Shown here in pieces: positions 19,649-28,708 of a stretch of 64,000 bases of DNA. Under the pieces are notes generated by a model that ran no database searches, was not told the origin of the DNA, and worked only from the letters and a program-made list of their open reading frames with translations. The stretch is from a bacterium (lineage in GTDB: Bacteria; Zhuqueibacterota; Zhuqueibacteria; Residuimicrobiales; Krinioviventaceae): assembly GCA_963675755.2 (NCBI GenBank), contig CAXXMD010000001.1, forward strand, positions 1 through 64,000. Reading direction: 5' to 3'. The stretch's first letter is position 1. Each line of letters starts with the position of its first letter. Both the position numbers and the translations under genes were made by a program.

Positions 19649-20395
19649 TTAGCACTTTTTTGCAACATAAAAAATATTGCTGTAATATTCTGAATATTTT
19701 TTATAGATCTCTATTTCTTTTTCTTCCATTTTTAATACCTGCAAAACATCCTTGTTATCTTGATATTTTTCATACATGTATTGAATTCGCTCCTTTAAGG
19801 GATTATAATAATCGTCCCACCAGTCTGAAGGAGGTTCGATATGATATGAAATTGGATCATAACCCAATGCCTTTATCGTATCAAGATTGTTTGCAATGCT
19901 GGTCATTGGCGGATATATCTCTTGAAAGAATTGATGCAGTTCGTCAGGGATGTCATCTCTGGTCCAGGAAAGTTCTGAAACTGCTATAAAACCACCGGGT
20001 TTTAACAAGCGTTTCCATTCCTGAAATCCCTTTTCAAATCCAATAATAAAAATTGCACCTTCTACCCACAGTACATCAAAAGATTCATCCGGATAGTCAA
20101 GTTTGCACATGTCACCTTTTTGGATGGTGATTCTTTTTTCTAAACCTTTTTCCGTTACAGCTGTTTGTAACTGGTCAAGAAAAGGTTGGTGAAAATCCAA
20201 TGCGGTAATGTGTCCGTTACAAAGAGAAGCCAGGGTTATGGTTTGCTGCCCCGGACCACAGCCAATATCCAGAATTGTTGCATTGTCAATATTTACAGAT
20301 TGCCATGCTCTAGTTGTTGATTGTATACTACCGGGACCTTGTCTCGGCATATTTGAATGGGTTTCCAGAAAATATTGCCATTGTTTTTCGTCCAT
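19649..20395 (-). CDS. Class I SAM-dependent methyltransferase (PRQGPGS family)
   Basis: ILDIGCGPG motif I, GDM, FDVLWVEGAI, LKPGG. Confidence 0.92.
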   Translation of the reverse strand: MDEKQWQYFLETHSNMPRQGPGSIQSTTRAWQSVNIDNATILDIGCGPGQQTITLASLCNGHITALDFHQPFLDQLQTAVTEKGLEKRITIQKGDMCKLDYPDESFDVLWVEGAIFIIGFEKGFQEWKRLLKPGGFIAVSELSWTRDDIPDELHQFFQEIYPPMTSIANNLDTIKALGYDPISYHIEPPSDWWDDYYNPLKERIQYMYEKYQDNKDVLQVLKMEEKEIEIYKKYSEYYSNIFYVAKKC

Positions 20396-20399
20396 TATA

Positions 20400-20497
20400 A
20401 TTGTCCTTATACTCGTGAATCATCATTTTGGGATTTAATTCGCACTCGAGTTTTACCATCCCAAATCCTGATGACGGGGATGGTATCACAGGACAAT
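20400..20497 (-). promoter_or_regulatory. RBS-sequestering leader structure (putative translational attenuator)
   Basis: AUUGUCCU (20497-20490) pairs with AGGACAAU (20407-20400), enclosing two internal hairpins. Confidence 0.6.
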
Positions 20498-20524
20498 AAC
20501 CGATGTATTCATAAATGTAAACAT
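20486..20524 (-). CDS. Putative leader peptide MFTFMNTSVIVL
   Basis: GAAAGG RBS, ATG at 20524, TGA at 20488-20486; last codons overlap the anti-RBS strand. Confidence 0.55.
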   Translation of the reverse strand: MFTFMNTSVIVL

Positions 20525-20536
20525 ACAACCTTTCAG

Positions 20537-21004
20537 CTAGAAATAAATTTCATAAAATTGATAATTGGTTTTCTTCATTCCTAAAGCCTGATAAGTGCTT
20601 TGGGCAATTTGATTTTCATGGTCAACATATAGACGCAATCCGCGAACGTTTGTTTCGTTTTTTGCCAACTCCTCAGCTTTTTCATAGAGAGAAGAGAATA
20701 CTCCTTTTCTACGCCAATGAGGATCAATATAAACACTTTGGATCCACCAGAACAGCCCATCTCGCCAGTCGGTCCATTCAAAGGTGATCATCAGGCTGCC
20801 TATGACAGTTCCTGCTGATTCTGCAACCAGATAAAATCCAAATTGCGGATTTTGCATCAATCCCAATGCACCTTGCGTTACCGTTTCCTTGTTCAAAACA
20901 GTATTCTCGGTTTCGCTTGCCATATTGACATTAAATTGAGCAATAATTTCTGCGTCTGCCGGAACTCCTTTACGAACCAGGATATCAGATTCTTGTAATG
21001 TCAT
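20537..21004 (-). CDS. GNAT family N-acetyltransferase
   Basis: WWIQSVYIDPHWRRKGVF, LRLYVD.EN..AQ.TY..LGM. Confidence 0.92.
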   Translation of the reverse strand: MTLQESDILVRKGVPADAEIIAQFNVNMASETENTVLNKETVTQGALGLMQNPQFGFYLVAESAGTVIGSLMITFEWTDWRDGLFWWIQSVYIDPHWRRKGVFSSLYEKAEELAKNETNVRGLRLYVDHENQIAQSTYQALGMKKTNYQFYEIYF

Positions 21005-21043
21005 TTGAAAAAACTTTCGTTTGTATTTATTTATACCAGGATA

Positions 21044-21394
21044 TTAATAAATGTTTAATAGAGCGGCAAAACCTGCAAAAATTGCAATCACAATATAGAT
21101 GGCAAAGATAACCAATGAGATGATCATCAGGATTTTCATTATATTGAAAAAACTGCCCTGTTTTTCCAGAGCTAGTGCCATTGCGTTTTCATCATTTTGG
21201 TTTTGGAATGTACTGAAATAGTCGGCAGATTCACGCAACCGCAATCCGGAAATGATCATGGGTACGCCAATTAATGCGCCAATAATTGACAAGCACGTTA
21301 AACCGCCATAGACAATATAAAACATGCCCACAAAGCGCATATCTTTGATCATCCGGCCAACATTCTGTGTTTGAACTGGAGTTAAATTGTTCAT
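21044..21394 (-). CDS. DUF5362-like membrane protein
   Basis: MRFVG...IIGALIGVPMIISGLRLRESA pattern; GGAGG RBS. Confidence 0.7.
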   Translation of the reverse strand: MNNLTPVQTQNVGRMIKDMRFVGMFYIVYGGLTCLSIIGALIGVPMIISGLRLRESADYFSTFQNQNDENAMALALEKQGSFFNIMKILMIISLVIFAIYIVIAIFAGFAALLNIY

Positions 21395-21481
21395 AGTGGT
21401 GCCCTCCCTTGATTGAATTTTAAATACCCTTGGTATGGAAAGATATTAAAACCAAACGAGTCAAACAAGATAAAATTCAAT

Positions 21482-22171
21482 TTAATTTTCTATTTCAAAA
21501 TCCAGATTGTCAAAATAAACAATTGCATCTGCTTTTGTGCACAAACCCACTTTGCCAGAAGTAAAAGTGTTGTCGGTAAAATCGATAAATTTTTTATTAT
21601 CAAACCAGCATCGTATACGTCCCTTTTCATGAATTACTTTTAATCGCTCCCATTCATGAGGTTCAATTTTAGAAGCCCATACACTCTGTAGCAATCTTTT
21701 TTCTCCATTTTCTACCTTGTAAACTCGTAATCTTTCTTTTAGTGGATCAGAGAGACATGTATAGTAATTATTGGGATCCTGGTAATGCCATACGGGCCCA
21801 CCAGCCTGTTCCTCCTGGCCGTCTACCATTTTCAGTTCCATTTCAATATCTACATCATTGAACCATGAATTCTCCAGAATGGCAAGATGGAAATGGTTTC
21901 CAAGGCTTTTTTTCCCAAGTTGAGCAATTACATTTTTATGTTTTTTTGCTATGGTATCGGGTATTATTTGCCATGTACCAATTTTACCATTTCCTGTTTT
22001 TTCTATACTCCATTCCGGGGGTAGATTGCCGGTTTTGTTTTGATCAAAATTCAATTCTAATTCATTGATATTTGTTTTTACCATAGATTTTTGCATTTCA
22101 TTCTTTTTACTGCAAACCCAACTGGTAGATAAAAGACATAGAGCAATTATGATAGTTATTTTTTTATTCAT
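21482..22171 (-). CDS. DUF1080 / ConA-like family 16 glycoside hydrolase-type lipoprotein
   Basis: Signal with Cys; D.TFTSGKVGL.TKAD...YFDNL C-terminal motif. Confidence 0.75.
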   Translation of the reverse strand: MNKKITIIIALCLLSTSWVCSKKNEMQKSMVKTNINELELNFDQNKTGNLPPEWSIEKTGNGKIGTWQIIPDTIAKKHKNVIAQLGKKSLGNHFHLAILENSWFNDVDIEMELKMVDGQEEQAGGPVWHYQDPNNYYTCLSDPLKERLRVYKVENGEKRLLQSVWASKIEPHEWERLKVIHEKGRIRCWFDNKKFIDFTDNTFTSGKVGLCTKADAIVYFDNLDFEIEN

Positions 22172-22182
22172 TATAATTTTTC

Positions 22183-23673
22183 TTAATAATTGAGACTGAA
22201 TTGTACATCTAATAAAGACACTGATTTTTCAAAGTCATAATATGTATTAATCATTAATTCCAGTAAAGAACGACGATATTTAATATATGTATCCATAAAA
22301 TTCAATTCAATATCTTTGTGTCGTTCAATAATTTGAATCAAATCTTGTAGTGTTATTTGATTTTCTTTATATTGTTCAATACTCATGTTTAATAATTTTT
22401 TAGAAATGTTCGAGCTCTTTTCAAGATTCAGACAACGAGCTTGATAATCTTGTAGGTTTGTAAAAGCATTTATTATATTTTTTTGAATGTTTTCCTGTTC
22501 TTCCTGAATTTGTAAATTCCGCCTGCGAACATCAACCATTTCTGCTTGGATGGATGCTTTACGCTCACCCCAATCCCATAGTGGGATGTATGCATTGATT
22601 GTTGCGGAATTACTATTGTCATATTCATCCCATATTCTTTTAAAGCGCTCATCTTTTTTTTCCAGACCATAGGTTAACTCGAGGTTAACTTGAAATGCAT
22701 TTTCACCTTTTTGATCATCTACGTCGAGTTCTGAAAATCTTTTATATATGTTGAGTTGTTCTAAGCGAGGATTATTTTCGTAACCTAATTCAAGTGCGTC
22801 ATTCAGTTTAATTGGAACCGGAGTAACGTGAATTTCCGGTTTAATTATTAGTGAATCATTAATATTTATTCTCAATCGTTGTTTTATATTTGCTAATTCT
22901 CTACGTTTATCGCTGTTGTTTTCAAGCAGGTCTTCTGTCTCGTTTGTGATTTCCAGTTCTACCTGAATTCTTTCCATTTCATTTGATGGATTTTTTTCTG
23001 CATGCTGTTTTGCAATTTCCAAAGTTCTTTCAAGTATGTTTAATTGTTTATTAAAAATAGTTTCCGCAAAAACGAGTTCAAATGCATCATAATAATCGTC
23101 ACCAATATCTCTAATGAGCCTTACACGATCATCTATGTATTCCAGTTGATTATCTTGCAATGCGAGTTGTGCTCTTTCAAGATCATTTTTCAGTTCATTG
23201 GTTGTAAAAAAAGGTTGTTCATACTTGAAGTACATTCGATTATAAAAATCAACCTCCCGGTTACCATTGTCCCGTTGTTGATAGCGATACATTTTATAAT
23301 TCAGTGAAATATAACCGTTTGTGGGATATCCGAATAGAATAACAGGTTGACTGATGGATAACTCTGATTGCCAGCGTTGTGTGTTTTCTCGAACGATTTC
23401 ATCTCTATAGAGTGTTGAATTCCATTTATTTTCTGAAACCCGGCTGATATCCGGAGTTTGCAAATTCAAAAATACTTTGGACTTTAGGCCTGCCTGTCTG
23501 GCTTTCAGATCAAACATGGTTTTTTCGATCTCCATCTCGAGCTCTTTTATCCGATAGCTATTATTCAGGGCAATGTCTACAGCTGATTCCAAAGTAAGAT
23601 CTATCGTTTGTTTGGGTGCAGCTAAAATTGTATAATTAAATAAGACACAAAAAAAGAAAACCGCTTTTTTCAT
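22183..23673 (-). CDS. TolC-family outer-membrane efflux protein
   Basis: Signal peptide; LTLESAVDIALNNS, IPLWDWGERK, helical repeats. Confidence 0.85.
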   Translation of the reverse strand: MKKAVFFFCVLFNYTILAAPKQTIDLTLESAVDIALNNSYRIKELEMEIEKTMFDLKARQAGLKSKVFLNLQTPDISRVSENKWNSTLYRDEIVRENTQRWQSELSISQPVILFGYPTNGYISLNYKMYRYQQRDNGNREVDFYNRMYFKYEQPFFTTNELKNDLERAQLALQDNQLEYIDDRVRLIRDIGDDYYDAFELVFAETIFNKQLNILERTLEIAKQHAEKNPSNEMERIQVELEITNETEDLLENNSDKRRELANIKQRLRININDSLIIKPEIHVTPVPIKLNDALELGYENNPRLEQLNIYKRFSELDVDDQKGENAFQVNLELTYGLEKKDERFKRIWDEYDNSNSATINAYIPLWDWGERKASIQAEMVDVRRRNLQIQEEQENIQKNIINAFTNLQDYQARCLNLEKSSNISKKLLNMSIEQYKENQITLQDLIQIIERHKDIELNFMDTYIKYRRSLLELMINTYYDFEKSVSLLDVQFSLNY

Positions 23674-23737
23674 TTCCAACTCCTAATTGATTTCTCATTT
23701 TCTTGCTTAAAGATAGAAATCAATCATTAAAATTTAA

Positions 23738-25156
23738 TTAAAAAGCAGTTTTTTCTGGTTTTGTGGCTGGAAGAATTATCTCTACCCGGGTACCTTTATT
23801 TAATTCACTTTCTACATGAATTTCCCCCTGGTGTGCTTCCATGATCCTTTTACAGATGGAAAGACCCAAACCACTACTATGCATTTCACGACTTCTGGCT
23901 TTGTCTACTCTGTAAAACCGATCAAATATATGTGACAGTTCATCTTTGGGTATTCCTATTCCGTTGTCGCTAACAGTGATGATGATCTTTTGGTCAATAA
24001 TTTGAGTGGAAATTTTTATCTCTCCATTGGATGGCGTATATTTTATTGCATTGTCTATGATGTTGCTGAGAACCTGGCGAATTTTTTCAGGGTCCAGTAA
24101 TTGTTTAATGATTTTATCAGATGGATAATACTGTAAGGTTATTTCTTTTAAAGATGCTGAATTTTTATGAAATTGAATGACTTGAGACAAAAGTGAATTG
24201 ATATCCGTTTGACGAAGTTGAAGATAAGTTTTTTCTGCATCTATACGGGCCAGTGTTAACAAGTCATTAATGATTTTTTCCATAAATCCAATTTCCTGTA
24301 AACTACTGTACAGAGTGTTTTGGTATTCGTGAGTATCTCTGGGTTTACGAAGAGCAACTTCAATTTCACCGCGCATAATGGTTAGGGGCGTTCGTAGTTC
24401 ATGCGATGCGTCACCTGTAAATCTCTGTATAGATTCAATTCCCATTCTAATGCGTTTTATCATTTCGTTAAATGTTAGTGTCAGTTGCCCCAGTTCATCT
24501 TTTGGGTTTGGTGGCGCTGGTAATTCTTTATTTATATTTTTTAAGGTTATTGAGCGGGCTGCAGTTGTAAGATTGGTGATGGGTACAAGAGCCCGTTTTG
24601 CCAGAAACCAACCACCTATTCCTGCCAGAATTAGCATAAAGGGTATTAATAATATGCCATAAAGTCTAATACGTTCTAATATATTATTTGCATATATTGT
24701 TGAACGGCCTGTTATAATGTAAAATGTGTAACTTTTATTATGTTTATCATAAATGGTTGTCGGGGTTTTTAAAATATGGTATGAATAGCTATCTTTGGTT
24801 TTAATTATTTCTGAAGAAATAATGGTCTCATTGGGTGTATCTATATGAAATAATGGGGGGGTGTTTTTGGATTTTATTATTCTTTTTTTTGTATTATAAA
24901 TCTGATAGAATATACCATTTTCTTCAAACTGAAAATTTGAGCTGTGGTCTTTAATATAATCTTTATCCAGTTTTTTATCATCAATACGCATATGTTCATT
25001 TAGCCGTTCAGCTTTTTCTGCTAGTAATGCTTCCTGGTCATTATAGATCTCATTGGATATACCCCAATAAACAAAAATGCCAAATGTCACAAGGGCAATA
25101 AACATTACTATACTGTACCACAATAACAGTCGGAAGCTAAATGAATTAAAAGGCAT
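23738..25156 (-). CDS. CusS/CzcS-like sensor histidine kinase (2TM-HAMP-HisKA-HATPase_c)
   Basis: DASHELRTPLT, NIIDNAIKY, FDRFYRVDKARSR, GLGLSI. Confidence 0.92.
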   Translation of the reverse strand: MPFNSFSFRLLLWYSIVMFIALVTFGIFVYWGISNEIYNDQEALLAEKAERLNEHMRIDDKKLDKDYIKDHSSNFQFEENGIFYQIYNTKKRIIKSKNTPPLFHIDTPNETIISSEIIKTKDSYSYHILKTPTTIYDKHNKSYTFYIITGRSTIYANNILERIRLYGILLIPFMLILAGIGGWFLAKRALVPITNLTTAARSITLKNINKELPAPPNPKDELGQLTLTFNEMIKRIRMGIESIQRFTGDASHELRTPLTIMRGEIEVALRKPRDTHEYQNTLYSSLQEIGFMEKIINDLLTLARIDAEKTYLQLRQTDINSLLSQVIQFHKNSASLKEITLQYYPSDKIIKQLLDPEKIRQVLSNIIDNAIKYTPSNGEIKISTQIIDQKIIITVSDNGIGIPKDELSHIFDRFYRVDKARSREMHSSGLGLSICKRIMEAHQGEIHVESELNKGTRVEIILPATKPEKTAF

Positions 25157-25829
25157 CTGCAGGTCCTTCAATTTTATAACCAATACTTCGAACCGTTTTA
25201 ATCAAAGGGATTGCAAAAGGTTTATCAATTTTTTTGCGTAAAAAGTTAATATAAACATCAACTGCATTGGTATCAGGACTTTCGTTACGTCCCCAGATAT
25301 AGTCTTCAATTGCTTCACGGGACATTGCCCGACCTTGATTACGTGCTAATAATTCTAAAATTCTGAATTCAAGAGGAGAAAGTGATATTTGTTGTTCTTT
25401 GCGAGTTACCGTGTGATTATCTATGGAAATGATAAGGTCTGCTATTTGAAGTTTTTCAGGCTCTTCCCATTTATTTCGTCTTACCAAAGCCTGCATTCTG
25501 GCCAATAATTCTTCAAAGGCAAAAGGTTTTACTAAATAATCGTCTGCTCCTGAGCGAAGCCCTGAAACACGTTCTGAAATTGCATCTTTGGCAGTGAGAA
25601 ACAATACCGGTACCTTATTGCCTTCTTGACGGATTTGTTTTAGTAAAGTTAATCCGTCCATTTTGGGCATCATGATATCAAGAATAAGTATGTCAAATTC
25701 CTGGTCCCGAAGAATGATTAATGCTTCAATACCATTATATGCTGTAGCGACACTCCAATTTTCTTCTTCGAGCCCCTTTTTTAAAAATCCGACGACTTTG
25801 GGTTCATCTTCAACAATCAATACACGCAT
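25146..25829 (-). CDS. OmpR-family response regulator (CusR/CzcR-like)
   Basis: VEDE, LDIMMP, GADDYLVKPF, VDVYINFLRKKID. Confidence 0.94.
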   Translation of the reverse strand: MRVLIVEDEPKVVGFLKKGLEEENWSVATAYNGIEALIILRDQEFDILILDIMMPKMDGLTLLKQIRQEGNKVPVLFLTAKDAISERVSGLRSGADDYLVKPFAFEELLARMQALVRRNKWEEPEKLQIADLIISIDNHTVTRKEQQISLSPLEFRILELLARNQGRAMSREAIEDYIWGRNESPDTNAVDVYINFLRKKIDKPFAIPLIKTVRSIGYKIEGPADAF

Positions 25830-25883
25830 TTATTATCCGTATTTTTATGAATTGGAAGATAAGTTTATTTTATTAAAATTAGA

Positions 25884-26879
25884 TTAAAATTCTTTAACTG
25901 TCCACGATATTGTTTTACCAGCCATAAAGGGAACAACGTTTCCATAATTGTTCGGGATAATAAAATCAGATTTTTCAATCTCGATACTTTTGGGAAAGGG
26001 AGATATATTGTAGATTTTTTGAGCATTGTCTGAAACGAACCCTTGTAATTTATCTAGAGCGTTGTGTTTTTCAAAAAGTTCCGCAAGTACGGCAAGTGCA
26101 ACCGGGGCTGTAAAAACACCCGCAGCACAGCCAGCACATTCTTTTTTGTGCAACGGGTGAGGTGCAGAATCACTGCCAAACATGAGTTTGGGATGTGCAA
26201 TCAGCGCTGCCTGCAACAAGGCCTCTCTGTCATGAGGGAACTTGGCTATGGGTTTGCAAAACAGATGTGGAGATAATAATCCACCCGCAATATCATCCAG
26301 CGTGATAATCAGGTGCTGTAAAGTAACTGTGGCAAAAAGATTTTCATATTGGTCCAGCAATTCTACCGCGTCACGGGTTGTAATGTGCTCCATGATGATT
26401 TTGAGATCTGGAAAATTTTCAGCAAGCCATGCATAAGTACCCAGAAACTCGGATTCTCGATCCAGAACAAATCCATTGGTTTCTCCATGTACCAATAAGG
26501 GGATTTGTAACTCTTGCATGAATTCAAATGTAGAACGTCCCTGATCAAGTGAGCTGATTCCGGATTCGCTGTTTGTGGTTATCCCCGCAGGATAGAGTTT
26601 TATACCAATGATATGTTCTTTTGCGGTTTCAAGTTCATACTCACTGTATTCTCGAAAGAATAAAGTCATATAGGGGGTAAAGGTTTCACTGCCAATGGCA
26701 TGAATAATCTGGTCACGATAGGTCAATAGTTTATCTAAAGAATCTACAGGATCTAAAAGATTGGGCATAATAACAGCACCTGCAAAATGAGAAGCACTGA
26801 GGGGAGCGACAAGTTTGAGCATGTCTGCTTCACGCAGATGTAGATGCATATCCAATGGAGATTGTATAAAAATATTCAT
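25884..26879 (-). CDS. pyrC: Dihydroorotase, homodimeric (type II)
   Basis: [41 protein letters not shown]. Confidence 0.95.
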   Translation of the reverse strand: MNIFIQSPLDMHLHLREADMLKLVAPLSASHFAGAVIMPNLLDPVDSLDKLLTYRDQIIHAIGSETFTPYMTLFFREYSEYELETAKEHIIGIKLYPAGITTNSESGISSLDQGRSTFEFMQELQIPLLVHGETNGFVLDRESEFLGTYAWLAENFPDLKIIMEHITTRDAVELLDQYENLFATVTLQHLIITLDDIAGGLLSPHLFCKPIAKFPHDREALLQAALIAHPKLMFGSDSAPHPLHKKECAGCAAGVFTAPVALAVLAELFEKHNALDKLQGFVSDNAQKIYNISPFPKSIEIEKSDFIIPNNYGNVVPFMAGKTISWTVKEF

Positions 26880-26946
26880 GTAGAATTCCCATTTTTTTTA
26901 ACAAAATTACTGATTTATGATTGAAAATTCAAGTTGTTTCAAGGAT

Positions 26947-27085
26947 AAAAAAAGGATGCCCGTCCAAATAGGGTATTGATGTTTTGGGGTAAGGGTTGGA
27001 CGGGCATGGGGGGTAAGTTGTTATATTTTACAGCAAATTTTATAATTTGCAGAAAAAATTTTAATTTTTTTTTGATTGGATTTGT
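26947..27085 (-). ncRNA. Candidate stand-alone C-rich sRNA (about 140 nt)
   Basis: Consensus promoter upstream, no ORF, 12-bp stem (27007-26996/26967-26956) with a C-rich 28-nt loop followed by CC-U7. Confidence 0.55.
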
Positions 27086-27090
27086 TAAGA

Positions 27091-27119
27091 ATTATACGCT
27101 TTTTTTTTAATTTTGTCAA
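27091..27119 (-). promoter_or_regulatory. Consensus sigma70 promoter TTGACA-17-TATAAT
   Basis: + strand TGTCAA 27114-27119 and ATTATA 27091-27096 with a 17-bp spacer. Confidence 0.85.
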
Positions 27120-27141
27120 GTGTTTATTTTTAAATAAAGTG

Positions 27142-27172
27142 GGGAAAATATCGAGTATTTCGATATTTTCCC
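27142..27172 (-). terminator. Terminator hairpin after the NRAMP-like gene
   Basis: GGGAAAATATCGA / TCGATATTTTCCC inverted repeat. Confidence 0.7.
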
Positions 27173-27212
27173 TTTATATGGTTGTTTTTCATAGTTTTAT
27201 GTGGGTCTGTGA

Positions 27213-28436
27213 TTAAAGCGTTTTTGCCAGATTTAAAAATCCTATAAATGATTGATAAGCCATAAATAATGCGAATAAAAAAGTAATTCCGGTCATAATA
27301 TTAATGGACGTAGAATTTTTATGCTCATGGACAATCTTTTCCTTGTTGAGAAGTATAAGCAGAAATAAAACCAATAGTGGTAAAAACAATGCCTGTATGG
27401 CAAGAGAAATGATTTGGAGGAATACCGGCTTGCCACCAAAAATAGGGGCAATGAGCCCGGCTGCACTGAAAATAAAAGCCATGATCATAAAATGTGGAGC
27501 TTTGGGATCACGTGACAGACCAAAGAATTCTGATATAGTCCATGTGGAAACGAGAGCATTGGGGAATGCAGAAGAGAGCCCCGCTGCCATTATACCGACT
27601 ACAAACAAGGTTGCTGCAAATTTACCAAACAGAGGAACAAGTGTGTATGCCATATCGATTGCTTTTTCCACGTGAATTCCGCGAACATGTAATGTTGCAG
27701 CGGCACCAGCCATAACCACTGCTGAAACAACAAAAACTAATACACCAGTAACAATAGCATCCTTGTTGGCGTGTTTCAGGTCATTGATAGTCCAGCCCTT
27801 GTCCATGACTACGAACGAGCGCATTACAACTACACTCCCAGCCAGAGTGGTACCAACCATTGCGGCTGCAATCATGCTGCCGCCTTGCGGTACACTGGGT
27901 ATAAATCCTTTTGCAAAGCTCATAGCAGAAGGATGCGCATAAAACAAGTTGATTATAAAACTCACACCCAGTACCGTGACAAAGATAATCAATACACGTT
28001 CAAAAATTGAATATTTGCCCATTATAATCAGTAAAAAAATGAACGTGCACCAAATGATGCTGGAAAGTAAAAAGTTCATACCGGTCCATGATGCAAACGC
28101 TTCGGAGACAATTCCCAATACACCAATATTGGATGTAAATTGACTGACCACAACAGCCAGGACGATATAAAATCCTGCAACCGGGCCAAAATGCTCTCGG
28201 GTTAATGCTACAAAGGTTTTTCCTGAAGCAAAGGTCAGTCTGCTAACAGAGCCTATCAGTACCCAGAAAAAAAGGCAGGACAGAAACAGCGTCCACATTA
28301 AACTCATACCATGTTCAGCACCTGCTACCACCAGAGAAGATACGCTACCTGTACCGATTGTTGCGCCAATCATAAAAATTGCCGGACCATAAGAAACAAT
28401 TGTGTCTTTGAATTTGGTAAGGAAAGAGTTTTGCAT
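27213..28436 (-). CDS. NRAMP-like (APC superfamily) transporter
   Basis: About 11 TM segments; GPAIF..GATIGTGS, AAMVGTT, AAGLSS; lacks canonical DPGN. Confidence 0.8.
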   Translation of the reverse strand: MQNSFLTKFKDTIVSYGPAIFMIGATIGTGSVSSLVVAGAEHGMSLMWTLFLSCLFFWVLIGSVSRLTFASGKTFVALTREHFGPVAGFYIVLAVVVSQFTSNIGVLGIVSEAFASWTGMNFLLSSIIWCTFIFLLIIMGKYSIFERVLIIFVTVLGVSFIINLFYAHPSAMSFAKGFIPSVPQGGSMIAAAMVGTTLAGSVVVMRSFVVMDKGWTINDLKHANKDAIVTGVLVFVVSAVVMAGAAATLHVRGIHVEKAIDMAYTLVPLFGKFAATLFVVGIMAAGLSSAFPNALVSTWTISEFFGLSRDPKAPHFMIMAFIFSAAGLIAPIFGGKPVFLQIISLAIQALFLPLLVLFLLILLNKEKIVHEHKNSTSINIMTGITFLFALFMAYQSFIGFLNLAKTL

Positions 28437-28708
28437 AACCAGATCCCTTATTTTAATTTGATTTCCCGCTCATTTAATGTACTATTCCTTGAATCAATTT
28501 CAAGCTCATTTTGTTAATTTTTGAAGAAATTAATTAATTTAGTATGATATTAAATTCTACTTGCATATTTATTGTTAATTTGTATTATAATCTATCACTT
28601 GTTTGATGTCAGTCACTTCTTTTTTGTATATAAATTACTAACCTGAATATATTTTTATTTAAAACTGTTTACATGTAATAAACGCTATTGCATTGATGGA
28701 GGAGAAAA

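Noticed and set aside
19561-19989. 142-aa and 60-aa + strand ORFs over the ncRNA candidate
   Set aside because: TTG/GTG starts without RBS; they run through a strong terminator and antisense into the methyltransferase gene
20400-20500. SAM or fluoride riboswitch
   Set aside because: No SAM-I core found; the GGGGATGG resembling a fluoride switch is on the wrong strand and lacks its pairing partner
20328-20528. 66-aa minus-strand ORF overlapping the methyltransferase start
   Set aside because: TTG start abuts the SD; the ATG at 20524 in another frame is better spaced and gives the 12-aa leader
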